IMG/VR virus record: IMGVR_UViG_3300029477_000009
Source of the DNA: a virus
Direction: 5' to 3' (one strand)
DNA length: 41,522 bases
Below the pieces are notes generated by a model. That model was given only the letters and a program-made list of their open reading frames with translations, did no database searches and was not told the origin of the DNA. Numbering within the stretch: position 1 is the stretch's first letter; each line of letters opens with the position of its first letter. A program made the position numbers and the translations under genes. Below are positions 9,635 through 17,145 of the stretch, in pieces.

Positions 9635-9851
9635 CCCGATGATGCAGGTTTTGCAGCTGATGCGGAACGGCGGAAACCCTATGACGATGCTGAACCAGAT
9701 GACGGGAAACAATCCGATGGTCGGTCAGCTTATGCAGAGTATGCAGGGGAAAAGTCCGGACGCACTGCGGCAGATGGCGATGAACATCGCCAAAGAACGG
9801 GGGATTGACCTCGAACAGTTTGCGCAGCAGTTCGGCATGAAGATCAAGTAA
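9627..9851 (+). CDS. Hypothetical Met/Asn/Gln-rich small protein
   Basis: The ATG at 9627 lies 8 nt after GGGAGG, whereas the track start at 9618 is a GTG inside the SD. MNNPMMQVLQLMRNGGNPMTMLNQMTGNNPMVGQLMQSMQ.. Confidence 0.5.
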   Translation: MNNPMMQVLQLMRNGGNPMTMLNQMTGNNPMVGQLMQSMQGKSPDALRQMAMNIAKERGIDLEQFAQQFGMKIK

Positions 9852-9992
9852 ATACGAAACTGTAAAAAAACAGACGATTTTTTACGGTTCCCTTTTCAGT
9901 TACGGAATCTTGAAGAAAAATCCGGCATGAATTTGTCATGTTCGGAAAGCGTACGGTTCCGATCAAATATAACTGAAAAGGAGAATTACACT

Positions 9993-10751
9993 ATGAGTGA
10001 CGATTCGATGGCTCTGGGTTATGCACTGGGGCAGGACAGCAACAACAACGGCGGCGGCAATGACGGCATGTGGGGCGGCAACGGCTCGTGGATTTTTGCG
10101 TTTCTGATCATCGCGCTGATCTTCGGCGGCAACGGCTGGGGCTTCGGCGGCAACAACGGCGCGGGCTATCAGGGCGCGGTAACGCGCAGCGACCTGTGCA
10201 GCGAGTTCAACTTCAACAACCTGTCTCGTTCCGTTCTCGGCATTCAGAACGGCCTGTGCGACGGCTTTTACAGCACGAACAACGGCATGCTCACCGGCTT
10301 CAACACGCTCGGCAACAATGTGTCTAACGGCTTCCACGGCGTAGACAACGCGATTTGTCAGCTCGGCTACCAGACGGCACAGCTTGCAAACAACACGGTT
10401 CAGAACATGAACACCGGTTTTAACGGCGTGACCGCCGGTCTGACGGCACTCGGCACGCAGATGTCCGGCTGCTGCTGCGACACCCAGAGACAGATGGAAC
10501 GCGGTTTCTGCGACATCAACTACAATGCCGCTACCAACGCACGCGACATTATCCAGACGGCGCACAACGACACCGACCGCATTATCGCACGCCTCGACCA
10601 GATGGAGAACACCCGTCAGCAGGAGAAGATCGCGGCGCTCCAGAACGAGAATCAGGCCTTGAAGTTCGCGGCTTCGCAGGAGGCACAGAACAATTACCTT
10701 GTAAACGCTCTGCGTTTTTCCGGTTGCGGCTGCAACACCTGCGGCTGCTGA
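9993..10751 (+). CDS. Gly/Asn-rich membrane protein with coiled coil and C-terminal Cys cluster
   Basis: RBS aaaaggag. TM segment WIFAFLIIALIF, GGN repeats, a CCC at MSGCCCDTQ, a heptad region IIARLDQMENTRQQEKIAALQNENQALK, and a tail SGCGCNTCGC. Confidence 0.6.
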   Translation: MSDDSMALGYALGQDSNNNGGGNDGMWGGNGSWIFAFLIIALIFGGNGWGFGGNNGAGYQGAVTRSDLCSEFNFNNLSRSVLGIQNGLCDGFYSTNNGMLTGFNTLGNNVSNGFHGVDNAICQLGYQTAQLANNTVQNMNTGFNGVTAGLTALGTQMSGCCCDTQRQMERGFCDINYNAATNARDIIQTAHNDTDRIIARLDQMENTRQQEKIAALQNENQALKFAASQEAQNNYLVNALRFSGCGCNTCGC

Positions 10752-10807
10752 GATACGATATTCAGGAGGGGGAGCAATCCCCCTGCCTTTGACAGGAGGG
10801 AACAGTT

Positions 10808-11194
10808 ATGGCTTGCAAGCCTGTACAGAAACTTTGTCCGAACCTGCGTATCTCACAGAGCGTGACCTACGCAAGCGGCGTACTGACGGTAAATATTCCG
10901 GCGGGAGATTACCAGAACGGCTGCGTATACGGTATCGTCATCGCGCAGAACATCCCGAGTACGACGATCATCGGCGCGCCGGTGGTCATCACGATCGGCG
11001 ACGGCACGGTAACGTATCCGCTCTTAAAATGCAACGGCGCGGCGGCTACCGTGTTTAATCTGGACACCCGTCACAAATACCTGTGTCGCGTTGTCACTTC
11101 GGCAACCGGCGGCAGTTTCCGAATGCTCGGAAATTCCTGCTGCTCGCACTCTGACGCGCTGCGCTCGATTAACGGAACGGCGGTGACAGTATGA
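10808..11194 (+). CDS. Small beta-rich protein with Cys at both ends
   Basis: RBS caggaggg. MACKPVQKLCPN...GNSCCSHS, with a core rich in V/I/T/G. Confidence 0.55.
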   Translation: MACKPVQKLCPNLRISQSVTYASGVLTVNIPAGDYQNGCVYGIVIAQNIPSTTIIGAPVVITIGDGTVTYPLLKCNGAAATVFNLDTRHKYLCRVVTSATGGSFRMLGNSCCSHSDALRSINGTAVTV

Positions 11195-11892
11195 GAAGGG
11201 GAACAATGATGCTGCTGATGCAGCGAGGCCGCAAAGAGAATGCATCCCCGGAAGAGTGGAGAATTCGCAAGATGTATCCCGAAGATCGTCACCATTACGG
11301 CGTGCGGTATCATTACGGCAACATGGAGCCGTATGATTACTATGACGAGCGCATTCACGGCGGCGAACCGGAAATGCGTAGTTACCGCCGCTATTCTGAC
11401 GGACGCTTTGCGCCCAAGAACAGTGTCGCATGGCCGAGGTATGACGAGTACCCCGATTACGAGGATGAGATGCGCCCTATTGGCTTTCGCGATGATGACG
11501 CTTATATGGGTGATACCTCGTTCGTAGGGGACAAGACGCGCGGCTCTGAGCGCTCTATGGGGTATGCAGCAAGCGCCAACGCAGGCCGCATGACTAAGAG
11601 CATGGCAGAAGAGTGGCTGCACAGCATGCAGAACGCTGATGGCACGACCGGTCCGCATTGGACTTTCGAACAGTGCAAGCAGGTAATGCAGCAGCGCGGC
11701 CTTGACTGTGACCCAGTTGAATTCTGGGTTGCAATGAATGCCGAATACTCTGATCGTTGCGCCGTAAACGAAAAGCACGGTATGCGCAGCATTGATTTTT
11801 ATGCAGACTCAGCCTGCGCTTTTTGGCTGAACGACAAGGACGCAGTAAAGGATAAGGAAGCGGCATATTACAAATATGTCGTGAAGCATTGA
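11191..11892 (+). CDS. Hypothetical protein, Tyr/Asp/Glu/Arg-rich N-half and conserved-looking globular C-half
   Basis: ATGA overlap with the previous gene; alternative starts at 11206 and 11272. The C-half reads ..WLHSMQNADGTTGPHWTFEQCKQVMQQRG..EFWVAMNAEYSD.. Confidence 0.6.
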   Translation: MRRGTMMLLMQRGRKENASPEEWRIRKMYPEDRHHYGVRYHYGNMEPYDYYDERIHGGEPEMRSYRRYSDGRFAPKNSVAWPRYDEYPDYEDEMRPIGFRDDDAYMGDTSFVGDKTRGSERSMGYAASANAGRMTKSMAEEWLHSMQNADGTTGPHWTFEQCKQVMQQRGLDCDPVEFWVAMNAEYSDRCAVNEKHGMRSIDFYADSACAFWLNDKDAVKDKEAAYYKYVVKH

Positions 11893-11894
11893 CG

Positions 11895-11925
11895 AAAAGA
11901 GGGGGCTTCCGCCCTCTCTTTTTTG
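11895..11925 (+). terminator. Rho-independent terminator of the accessory operon
   Basis: AAAAGAGGGGGC-TTCC-GCCCTCTCTTTT, a 12-bp stem with one G-T pair, running into T6. Confidence 0.8.
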
Positions 11926-11932
11926 CTTGTGC

Positions 11933-11954
11933 AGGTGACACAGTAGGTGACACA
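11933..11954 (+). promoter_or_regulatory. attP arm-type repeats, 2 x AGGTGACACA with 12-bp spacing
   Basis: AGGTGACACAgtAGGTGACACA. The same 10-mer pair recurs at 12197-12218 on the other side of the tRNA-like core. Confidence 0.55.
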
Positions 11955-12049
11955 CCCTACACCCGCAAAAAACCGTAAAAACCGGTATTCGCTTGATATG
12001 AACGAAAAATGCGAAATTAACTTTTCCAACAAAATAGTTATGCGGAAAC

Positions 12050-12087
12050 AGAAAAAACGCCGCAAAACTCAAAGTTTTAACGGCGTT
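12050..12087 (-). terminator. Rho-independent terminator just 3' of the tRNA fragment (minus strand)
   Basis: The minus strand reads AACGCCGttAAAACTttgAGTTTTgCGGCGTT followed by TTTTTT. Confidence 0.6.
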
Positions 12088-12091
12088 AATT

Positions 12092-12142
12092 TGGTGATCC
12101 AGCGGGGATTCGAACCCCGGACACCCTGCCTTTTAAGCAGGG
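12092..12142 (-). other. attP core: 3' ~51 nt of a class-I tRNA gene (anticodon stem to CCA), not a complete tRNA
   Basis: The minus strand reads CCCTGC-TTAAAAG-GCAGGG-TGTC-CGGGGTTCGAATCCCCG-CTGGATCACCA. There is no matching 5' acceptor or D arm upstream. It lies directly downstream of the integrase. Confidence 0.7.
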
Positions 12143-12196
12143 AGTTATTCGCAAAATGTTCAACTATATCTGACGATTTCGGCATTCGGTTTTGTT

Positions 12197-12218
12197 AGGT
12201 GACACATCAGGTGACACA
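12197..12218 (+). promoter_or_regulatory. attP arm-type repeats, 2 x AGGTGACACA
   Basis: AGGTGACACAtcAGGTGACACA, in the same orientation as the 11933-11954 pair. Confidence 0.55.
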
Positions 12219-12234
12219 GTGCCGCGATACCTTA

Positions 12235-13317
12235 TTATATATGCACCACCTTGCGAGTCTCCTGCGCCTCATAGAAATTCGAAACGCGGGCGGCGGCAGA
12301 GGCGAAAGCCTCGTTGGATAGGTGTGTATAAATATGCGAGGTCATAGCGATGTTTTTGTGACCTAACAGATCTTTGGCGACGTTGATGGGCACGCCCGCC
12401 GACTGTAAGTCGGTGGCGTAAGTATGTCGCAGACAGTAGGGCGTTAGGTCATCGGCGACGACTGACGTTTCCGGGATAATCGCGCCACGGAACGTCCGCG
12501 CTCCCATGTCAATATCAACCCTTTTCTTGAAGTTGCACCACATTTGCCGCATAGAGGTTTTTGTGTGCGGCTTGCCGGTGGTCGGCTGGGTGAATATATA
12601 ACCTGTACCGCCGGTCAGCAGGGGGCGCAAAGCCGGATGCAGGGGAACGGCTCTGTCTCCGTAGTCCGTCTTGGATGAGTGCAGGATTATCTTTTCTTCG
12701 TTTAAGCGAACATCTGCCCACAGAGCTTTTCGCGTTTCGTCCGGTCTTGCACCGGTGTACAACATGAACAGCACCCATAGCCCGGCGCGGTGCGTTTCCG
12801 CAACATGCAGGATATGCCTGCGCTCGTCGGCCGTGATTGCCCTGTGCGTGCCGCTTGTGGTCTCCGGCATAACGATACCCTCGGTAGGGTCATAGGCAAT
12901 CACGCGGTCGATACGCGCCTGTCTGAACGCGCTGCGGATGAGGTTGCGCAGCTTGCACGCCAGAGACGCGGAACGGCCGGATACGCTGTTAAGAATGTGC
13001 TGTAAGTCAATCGGTTTTACGTCTTTGAGCCGGAACGAGCCGATGGGCGGAGAAATGTAGTTTTTTACGTAGCTTTGCAGGTCAGCATAGGTGTTCGGCT
13101 GCACCTTCGGGAGCTTGTAGGCGGCGAGATAGTCCGCAAACCACTTGTCTACTGTGGTGTTCTCGTTGGTGATGTCGATGCCGTGTTCCAGGCGGCGTTT
13201 CTTTTCATCCACTTTACGCCAGAGAGCTCGCTCGGTTTTGGCGCGGACGGAATAACGCTTGCCCTGAAAAGTGAATGTCTCGCGGAAATATCCGTCTGAT
13301 GTGTTCGCTTTTCTCAT
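12235..13317 (-). CDS. int: Tyrosine integrase
   Basis: 360 aa with a C-terminal catalytic pattern: TGARPDE (R), LRHTYATDL (HxxR), LLGH and IYTH (Y). Confidence 0.95.
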   Translation of the reverse strand: MRKANTSDGYFRETFTFQGKRYSVRAKTERALWRKVDEKKRRLEHGIDITNENTTVDKWFADYLAAYKLPKVQPNTYADLQSYVKNYISPPIGSFRLKDVKPIDLQHILNSVSGRSASLACKLRNLIRSAFRQARIDRVIAYDPTEGIVMPETTSGTHRAITADERRHILHVAETHRAGLWVLFMLYTGARPDETRKALWADVRLNEEKIILHSSKTDYGDRAVPLHPALRPLLTGGTGYIFTQPTTGKPHTKTSMRQMWCNFKKRVDIDMGARTFRGAIIPETSVVADDLTPYCLRHTYATDLQSAGVPINVAKDLLGHKNIAMTSHIYTHLSNEAFASAAARVSNFYEAQETRKVVHI

Positions 13318-13424
13318 GTTGCAAAACCTCCTATTTTGTCGTATAATAAGAGGGTAGAATTCCGTTGCACAAGACTTCTACCCCCGTATAACGTCCGCCG
13401 GTTGCCGCCGGTGGGCGTTATTTT

Positions 13425-13943
13425 TTATTTCATTGCACGCGCAATAGCCTGCGCATTGCGTTCCGCAACGGTATCAATATGTTCATCCTTCATGATTTCA
13501 ATTTGTTCTAAGACCGCAGCACGCATAGTGATACCTCGATCTACAGTTTTCATTTCAAAATCTTCGGATGAAGTGGAAACTTTGAGATTAGCATAGTCCA
13601 AAAATGTACCAAACATCGGAGATTCCACTTTTACAGAATTGATTTTTTCAAGCGGCGCATCCAACATTTTTATGTTCAGCAAACCGGTTCGTGCACATAG
13701 GCGCTTGTTTGTCAGAATCATAACATTTGTGTTGCTCAACACGAGCAGTACAAAAAAGCAAAGCGAGATAAATACACCAGATAAAAAATCTGAAGGAGTT
13801 GTACAGAAAGACAAGATGCAAAGCAGCATGCCTGAGCCTATTCCTATCCAAAGTGGTAAGCGTACAATCCAATGCAATTGAGCCTTAACTACAATGTATT
13901 CCCCCGATAGTAACGTATCTTCAAATTTTTTCATTGCAGACAC
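13425..13943 (-). CDS. Membrane protein with bacterial PH (bPH_2/YdbT-like) domain
   Basis: Two TM helices (LPLWIGIGSGMLLCILSF, VFISLCFFVLLVL) followed by ..ILTNKRLCARTGLLNIKMLDAPLEKINSVKV... It lies between int and the repressor. Confidence 0.6.
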   Translation of the reverse strand: MSAMKKFEDTLLSGEYIVVKAQLHWIVRLPLWIGIGSGMLLCILSFCTTPSDFLSGVFISLCFFVLLVLSNTNVMILTNKRLCARTGLLNIKMLDAPLEKINSVKVESPMFGTFLDYANLKVSTSSEDFEMKTVDRGITMRAAVLEQIEIMKDEHIDTVAERNAQAIARAMK

Positions 13944-13951
13944 CCTCCCTT

Positions 13952-14443
13952 TTATTTCTTATATTTCGGATTTCCCAGCATGATTTCAAGGAAATCCAAT
14001 GCTTTTTCCTGCCCGTCCTCGGTAAGCTGATTGAATATTGTGGTCAGCCGAGATTGACGGGCGATTTTTTGTGTCTCATCATACTGCGCGAGATCGTGCA
14101 GCATGAATTCGATTGAGTGTTGCATACGCTCTAAGCCTTTTAGATTGGCTTCGAGCCATGCCTGTTTTTCCTGCTCAGTGGCTTGACCAGCTGCTACTTT
14201 CTGCTGTAGCTCCACTATTTCCGGCGCACTGTTTACACGGATTGAAGCATCAGGGCTTAACTCGTTTACGCTTACGCCAAGCGCATTTGCCAGTTTCACA
14301 ATGTTTTCGTGCGAAAGCCGTTTGCTATCTCTTTTTACAATCGAATATAGTGTTGTATACGGCATTTCTGCGCGTTCTGAAAGTGCACGAAGTGAAATCC
14401 CTTGCGATTTTGCAACTTTTTCTATTCTTTCTCCAATAGTCAT
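13952..14443 (-). CDS. CI-like repressor (XRE HTH plus C-terminal dimerisation region)
   Basis: Starts at MTIGERIEKVAKSQGISLRALSERAEMPYTTLYSIV, an HTH_3 pattern. It is divergent from the cro-like gene. Confidence 0.85.
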   Translation of the reverse strand: MTIGERIEKVAKSQGISLRALSERAEMPYTTLYSIVKRDSKRLSHENIVKLANALGVSVNELSPDASIRVNSAPEIVELQQKVAAGQATEQEKQAWLEANLKGLERMQHSIEFMLHDLAQYDETQKIARQSRLTTIFNQLTEDGQEKALDFLEIMLGNPKYKK

Positions 14444-14478
14444 ATTATCACCTTTATAACGCATTGCGCATAAAATTG

Positions 14479-14507
14479 TTGACAATGAAATGCTTTGCGT
14501 ATATAAT
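14479..14507 (+). promoter_or_regulatory. Consensus sigma-70 early promoter (TTGACA-17-TATAAT) with flanking operator-like CGCATTGCG / CGCAATGCG motifs
   Basis: TTGACA at 14479-84, a 17-nt spacer and TATAAT at 14502-07. CGCATTGCG at 14460-68 and its inverse CGCAATGCG at 14523-31. Confidence 0.75.
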
Positions 14508-14549
14508 TCAATCACAGAATATCGCAATGCGAATAAGAAAGGAGACTAT

Positions 14550-14750
14550 ATGCGCATTGACAGAATCAAGTTTGCCGCTGTTATGGCGAAAAGCGGCAAA
14601 CGCGGAAAAGATATCGCGGAAATTGCTGGTGCCTCTATGTCGAGTGTCTACGGAGTAAAGCAAGGCCGCAGCTGCTCGGCAGAGATGGCAAGCAAAATCG
14701 CAAGTGCTTTGAACGTACCCCTTAACGAACTTGTAGAAAAGGAGAATTAA
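14550..14750 (+). CDS. Cro-like HTH regulator
   Basis: RBS aaaggag. MRIDRIKFAAVMAKSGKRGKDIAEIAGASMSSVYGVKQG is an HTH pattern. It is the first gene of the rightward operon. Confidence 0.8.
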   Translation: MRIDRIKFAAVMAKSGKRGKDIAEIAGASMSSVYGVKQGRSCSAEMASKIASALNVPLNELVEKEN

Positions 14751-14753
14751 CCC

Positions 14754-15548
14754 ATGGATAACAAAATCATTGCATTTACTAACCCTGAATTTGGCGAGGT
14801 TCGCACGCTGAACATTGAGAATGAACCGTGGTTCGTAGCGGCTGACGTTTGCAAGGCGCTGGACATCATTAACAGCCGCGATGCGGTTGCTCGTCTGGAT
14901 GACGACGAGAAGAATACCGTAGTTTTAACCGACGGTATTCCGGGCAACCCCAATAAGACTGTGGTTAACGAACCCGGCCTGTACACTCTGGTTCTCGGCT
15001 CTCGCAAGCCAGAGGCTAAAGCATTCAAGCGTTGGATTACGCACGATGTTATTCCATCTATCCGCAAGAACGGCGGCTACATTGCCGGCCAGGAAACTCT
15101 CAGCCCTGAGGAACTGATGGCAAAAGCCCTGCTTGTCGCCCAGAAAACCATTGAGGAAAAGGACAAGCAGCTTACCCACGCTGCCGAACAGGCGAAGCTC
15201 GATGCACCGCTCGTCCATTTTGCAAAGGGCGTTACCGTGTCCAAAACGTCCATCCTGATTTTCGACTTTGCAAAAATTCTCCGCCAGAACGGCGCGGATA
15301 TGGGCGGCAAGCGCTTCTTCGCATGGCTGCGTGAAAACGGCTACCTCGTCAAGCGCAAGGGCAGTGATTACAATATGCCTACCCAGCGCAGCATGGAGCT
15401 CGGACTGTTCGAGATCAAGGAAACTGTGATTACCCACTCGGACGGTCACACCACCATCAGCCGCACGCCGAAGATTACCGGCAAGGGACAGGTATATTTC
15501 TTCAACAAAATCCTCGGCACGGATATGCCGGAAGACATGCAGGGCTAA
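14754..15548 (+). CDS. Antirepressor (Bro-N plus KilAC/ANT domains)
   Basis: FGEVRTLNIENEPWFVAADVCKALD is a Bro-N pattern. The C-terminal part reads LRQNGADMG..FFAWLRENGYL..PTQRSMELGLFE. Confidence 0.85.
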   Translation: MDNKIIAFTNPEFGEVRTLNIENEPWFVAADVCKALDIINSRDAVARLDDDEKNTVVLTDGIPGNPNKTVVNEPGLYTLVLGSRKPEAKAFKRWITHDVIPSIRKNGGYIAGQETLSPEELMAKALLVAQKTIEEKDKQLTHAAEQAKLDAPLVHFAKGVTVSKTSILIFDFAKILRQNGADMGGKRFFAWLRENGYLVKRKGSDYNMPTQRSMELGLFEIKETVITHSDGHTTISRTPKITGKGQVYFFNKILGTDMPEDMQG

Positions 15549-15675
15549 CTCAATTACCGAACCTGGACAATTTTGACCGAGTTGCAGTTACGGACATTTT
15601 TGTCCGAAACTGCAAGCATGGGGGGAGTAACGAAACGTGACCCCCATGCGCCATACACTCGAAAGGAGCAAAACC

Positions 15676-15951
15676 ATGAGGCACGATGAATGCTGCGCAA
15701 TCTACGTTAAACGCGATGAAGATACGCGCAAGAGAATTGAATTACTCTATCACTACGTCAACACGCTTCCGCTTACCAAACATCAGCGCGGTAAGCTCAT
15801 CCGCCTTGCCGAAGAAGCGCTGGTCAGCGCCGAAGGCAACGGCTTTTATGCCGGCACTTGTGACACCAGCACGAACGACCTTATGAAAACCGTGGAGCGG
15901 TTTTTCAAAAAGAAGCTCGCCGACGCTGGCATTTCCGATCAAGTCCCATAA
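15676..15951 (+). CDS. Hypothetical protein
   Basis: RBS gaaaggag lies 7 nt before the ATG. 91 aa. Confidence 0.5.
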   Translation: MRHDECCAIYVKRDEDTRKRIELLYHYVNTLPLTKHQRGKLIRLAEEALVSAEGNGFYAGTCDTSTNDLMKTVERFFKKKLADAGISDQVP

Positions 15952-16173
15952 ATCGGACACATTTTGTGCTTCACTTATAATGGAACTTGCATCGAACAGG
16001 TGTTCTATGAATTATTACCTTACAGGCGGGCGGTTTCGACAGCTTACGCCGGATTTAGGGAGTAAGCTAATCGCATACAACAGGAAAGGCAGGAACCAAA
16101 CATCATGGACAACATCGACAAATTTACCGCAATGCTCAATTCATGCACAAATCCGCTGCGCATTTACAATGCG

Positions 16174-16566
16174 CTAAGAATGATCGCCGAACCGCCATTC
16201 GAGCAGCCCGACAATGTAACCGAGAAACGCGAGATCATCGTCGGAAAGGTTGCCGGACTTATCGAGCAGTCCGAGCGCCTTTAACAACTGGATAGACATT
16301 TCTCTTGTTACTTCCCCTGTTTCGGCTTTCGCCGGGGCGGGGGATTTTTTTTCGTCTGGATTTTCGAATGTTTCCAGATCATCAAGCGTATAGCCGAGCG
16401 CATGAACGATAGTTCGCAAAGTGCCATACTGCGGGTCTCTTGTCTGACCGGCAAACACTTTATTAAGCGTTCCTTTGGGAATATTGCACTCTTCACTAAT
16501 TTGAGAGAGCGTTTTCCCACTTTTACGTTTCATTTCATTCAGCGCGTCAGTCAACATTTTATTCAC
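16174..16566 (-). CDS. Second XRE-family repressor
   Basis: KRKSGKTLSQISEECNIPKGTLNKVFAG is an HTH pattern. It has a Pro/Ala linker and an LSDDDLAFLGYIVGLLEWRF tail, and is divergent from 16726. Confidence 0.8.
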   Translation of the reverse strand: MNKMLTDALNEMKRKSGKTLSQISEECNIPKGTLNKVFAGQTRDPQYGTLRTIVHALGYTLDDLETFENPDEKKSPAPAKAETGEVTREMSIQLLKALGLLDKSGNLSDDDLAFLGYIVGLLEWRFGDHS

Positions 16567-16582
16567 TCCTTTCTACGCCCTT

Positions 16583-16612
16583 ATTATACATCTATACGTG
16601 CAGCGGTGTCAA
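16583..16612 (-). promoter_or_regulatory. Promoter of the second repressor (TTGACA-18-TATAAT on the minus strand)
   Basis: The minus strand reads ttTTGACAccgctgcacgtatagatgTATAATaagg. Confidence 0.65.
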
Positions 16613-16620
16613 TAAATAAA

Positions 16621-16711
16621 TTACCGAATTAGGTAAAAATATTTCCGGCAGCCCCTTGACAGTTACCGAATTAGGTGATATTATAATAACACAGATTACC
16701 GAATACGGTAA
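16621..16711. promoter_or_regulatory. Three 16-bp operators TTACCGAAT(T/A)(A/C)GGT(A/G)A
   Basis: 16621-36 TTACCGAATTAGGTAA, 16663-78 TTACCGAATTAGGTGA and 16696-711 TTACCGAATACGGTAA. Each is an imperfect palindrome TTACC-N6-GGTAA. Confidence 0.75.
16656..16684 (+). promoter_or_regulatory. Rightward promoter overlapped by the middle operator
   Basis: TTGACA at 16656-61, a 17-nt spacer that is operator 2, and TATTAT at 16679-84. Confidence 0.7.
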
Positions 16712-16725
16712 CAGGAGGTGAAAAC

Positions 16726-16935
16726 ATGAGATATATCGAAAAGGAAATGCCACGGTTCAACGTGACATATTTCGACATTCAGCAGACGCTGAATTGCAGT
16801 GAAAAGACTGTGCGGAACAAGATGCAGGGAATTACGGATTTCACCTATGGAGAAGCCCGTAATATCCGCGATGCGCTGTTCCCGGGTATGAGCATTGAGT
16901 ACCTGTTCGACCAGCACGAGGACAGGGGCGCGTGA
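16726..16935 (+). CDS. Small Cro-like/regulatory protein
   Basis: RBS caggaggtg; 69 aa. FDIQQTLNCSEKTVRNKMQG is HTH-like. Confidence 0.55.
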   Translation: MRYIEKEMPRFNVTYFDIQQTLNCSEKTVRNKMQGITDFTYGEARNIRDALFPGMSIEYLFDQHEDRGA

Positions 16936-17145
16936 GGGAGGTGAGAGCAATAGAAGTCCTGCTGAAAATCGCAACATTATGCGTTGCACTGGCAACCCTG
17001 ATAATTAACATCAGAACAATCCTTGCGATCAACAAGGAGCACAGGAAGCGCACGAGGTGAGAGCGTGGCACTAAAGATTATCGCCCTTTGTCTGTCGGCT
17101 TTTTCGCTTGGTTGGTGCTCGTGCAGCGTAGTCTATCAGATCATG

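Noticed and set aside
12092-12142. A complete tRNA gene.
   Set aside because: Only the anticodon stem to CCA is present. No D arm or complementary 5' acceptor lies upstream, and the anticodon loop UUAAAAG gives a non-standard AAA anticodon. I interpret it as the attP core.
15582-15640. Long hairpins after the antirepressor gene (TTGCAGTTaCGGACA-tttt-TGTCCGaAACTGCAA and CATGGGGG..CCCCCATG) as terminators.
   Set aside because: No U-tract follows either hairpin, and the next gene is co-oriented with its own SD. They may be RNA processing or attenuation elements, but there is too little evidence to call them.
16106-16285. A 59-aa + strand ORF (MDNIDKFTAMLNSC..) and ORF 15980..16177.
   Set aside because: It overlaps 112 nt of the 3' end of the minus-strand XRE repressor, whose C-terminal sequence looks genuine. 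It has only a weak SD and is probably an antisense open frame.
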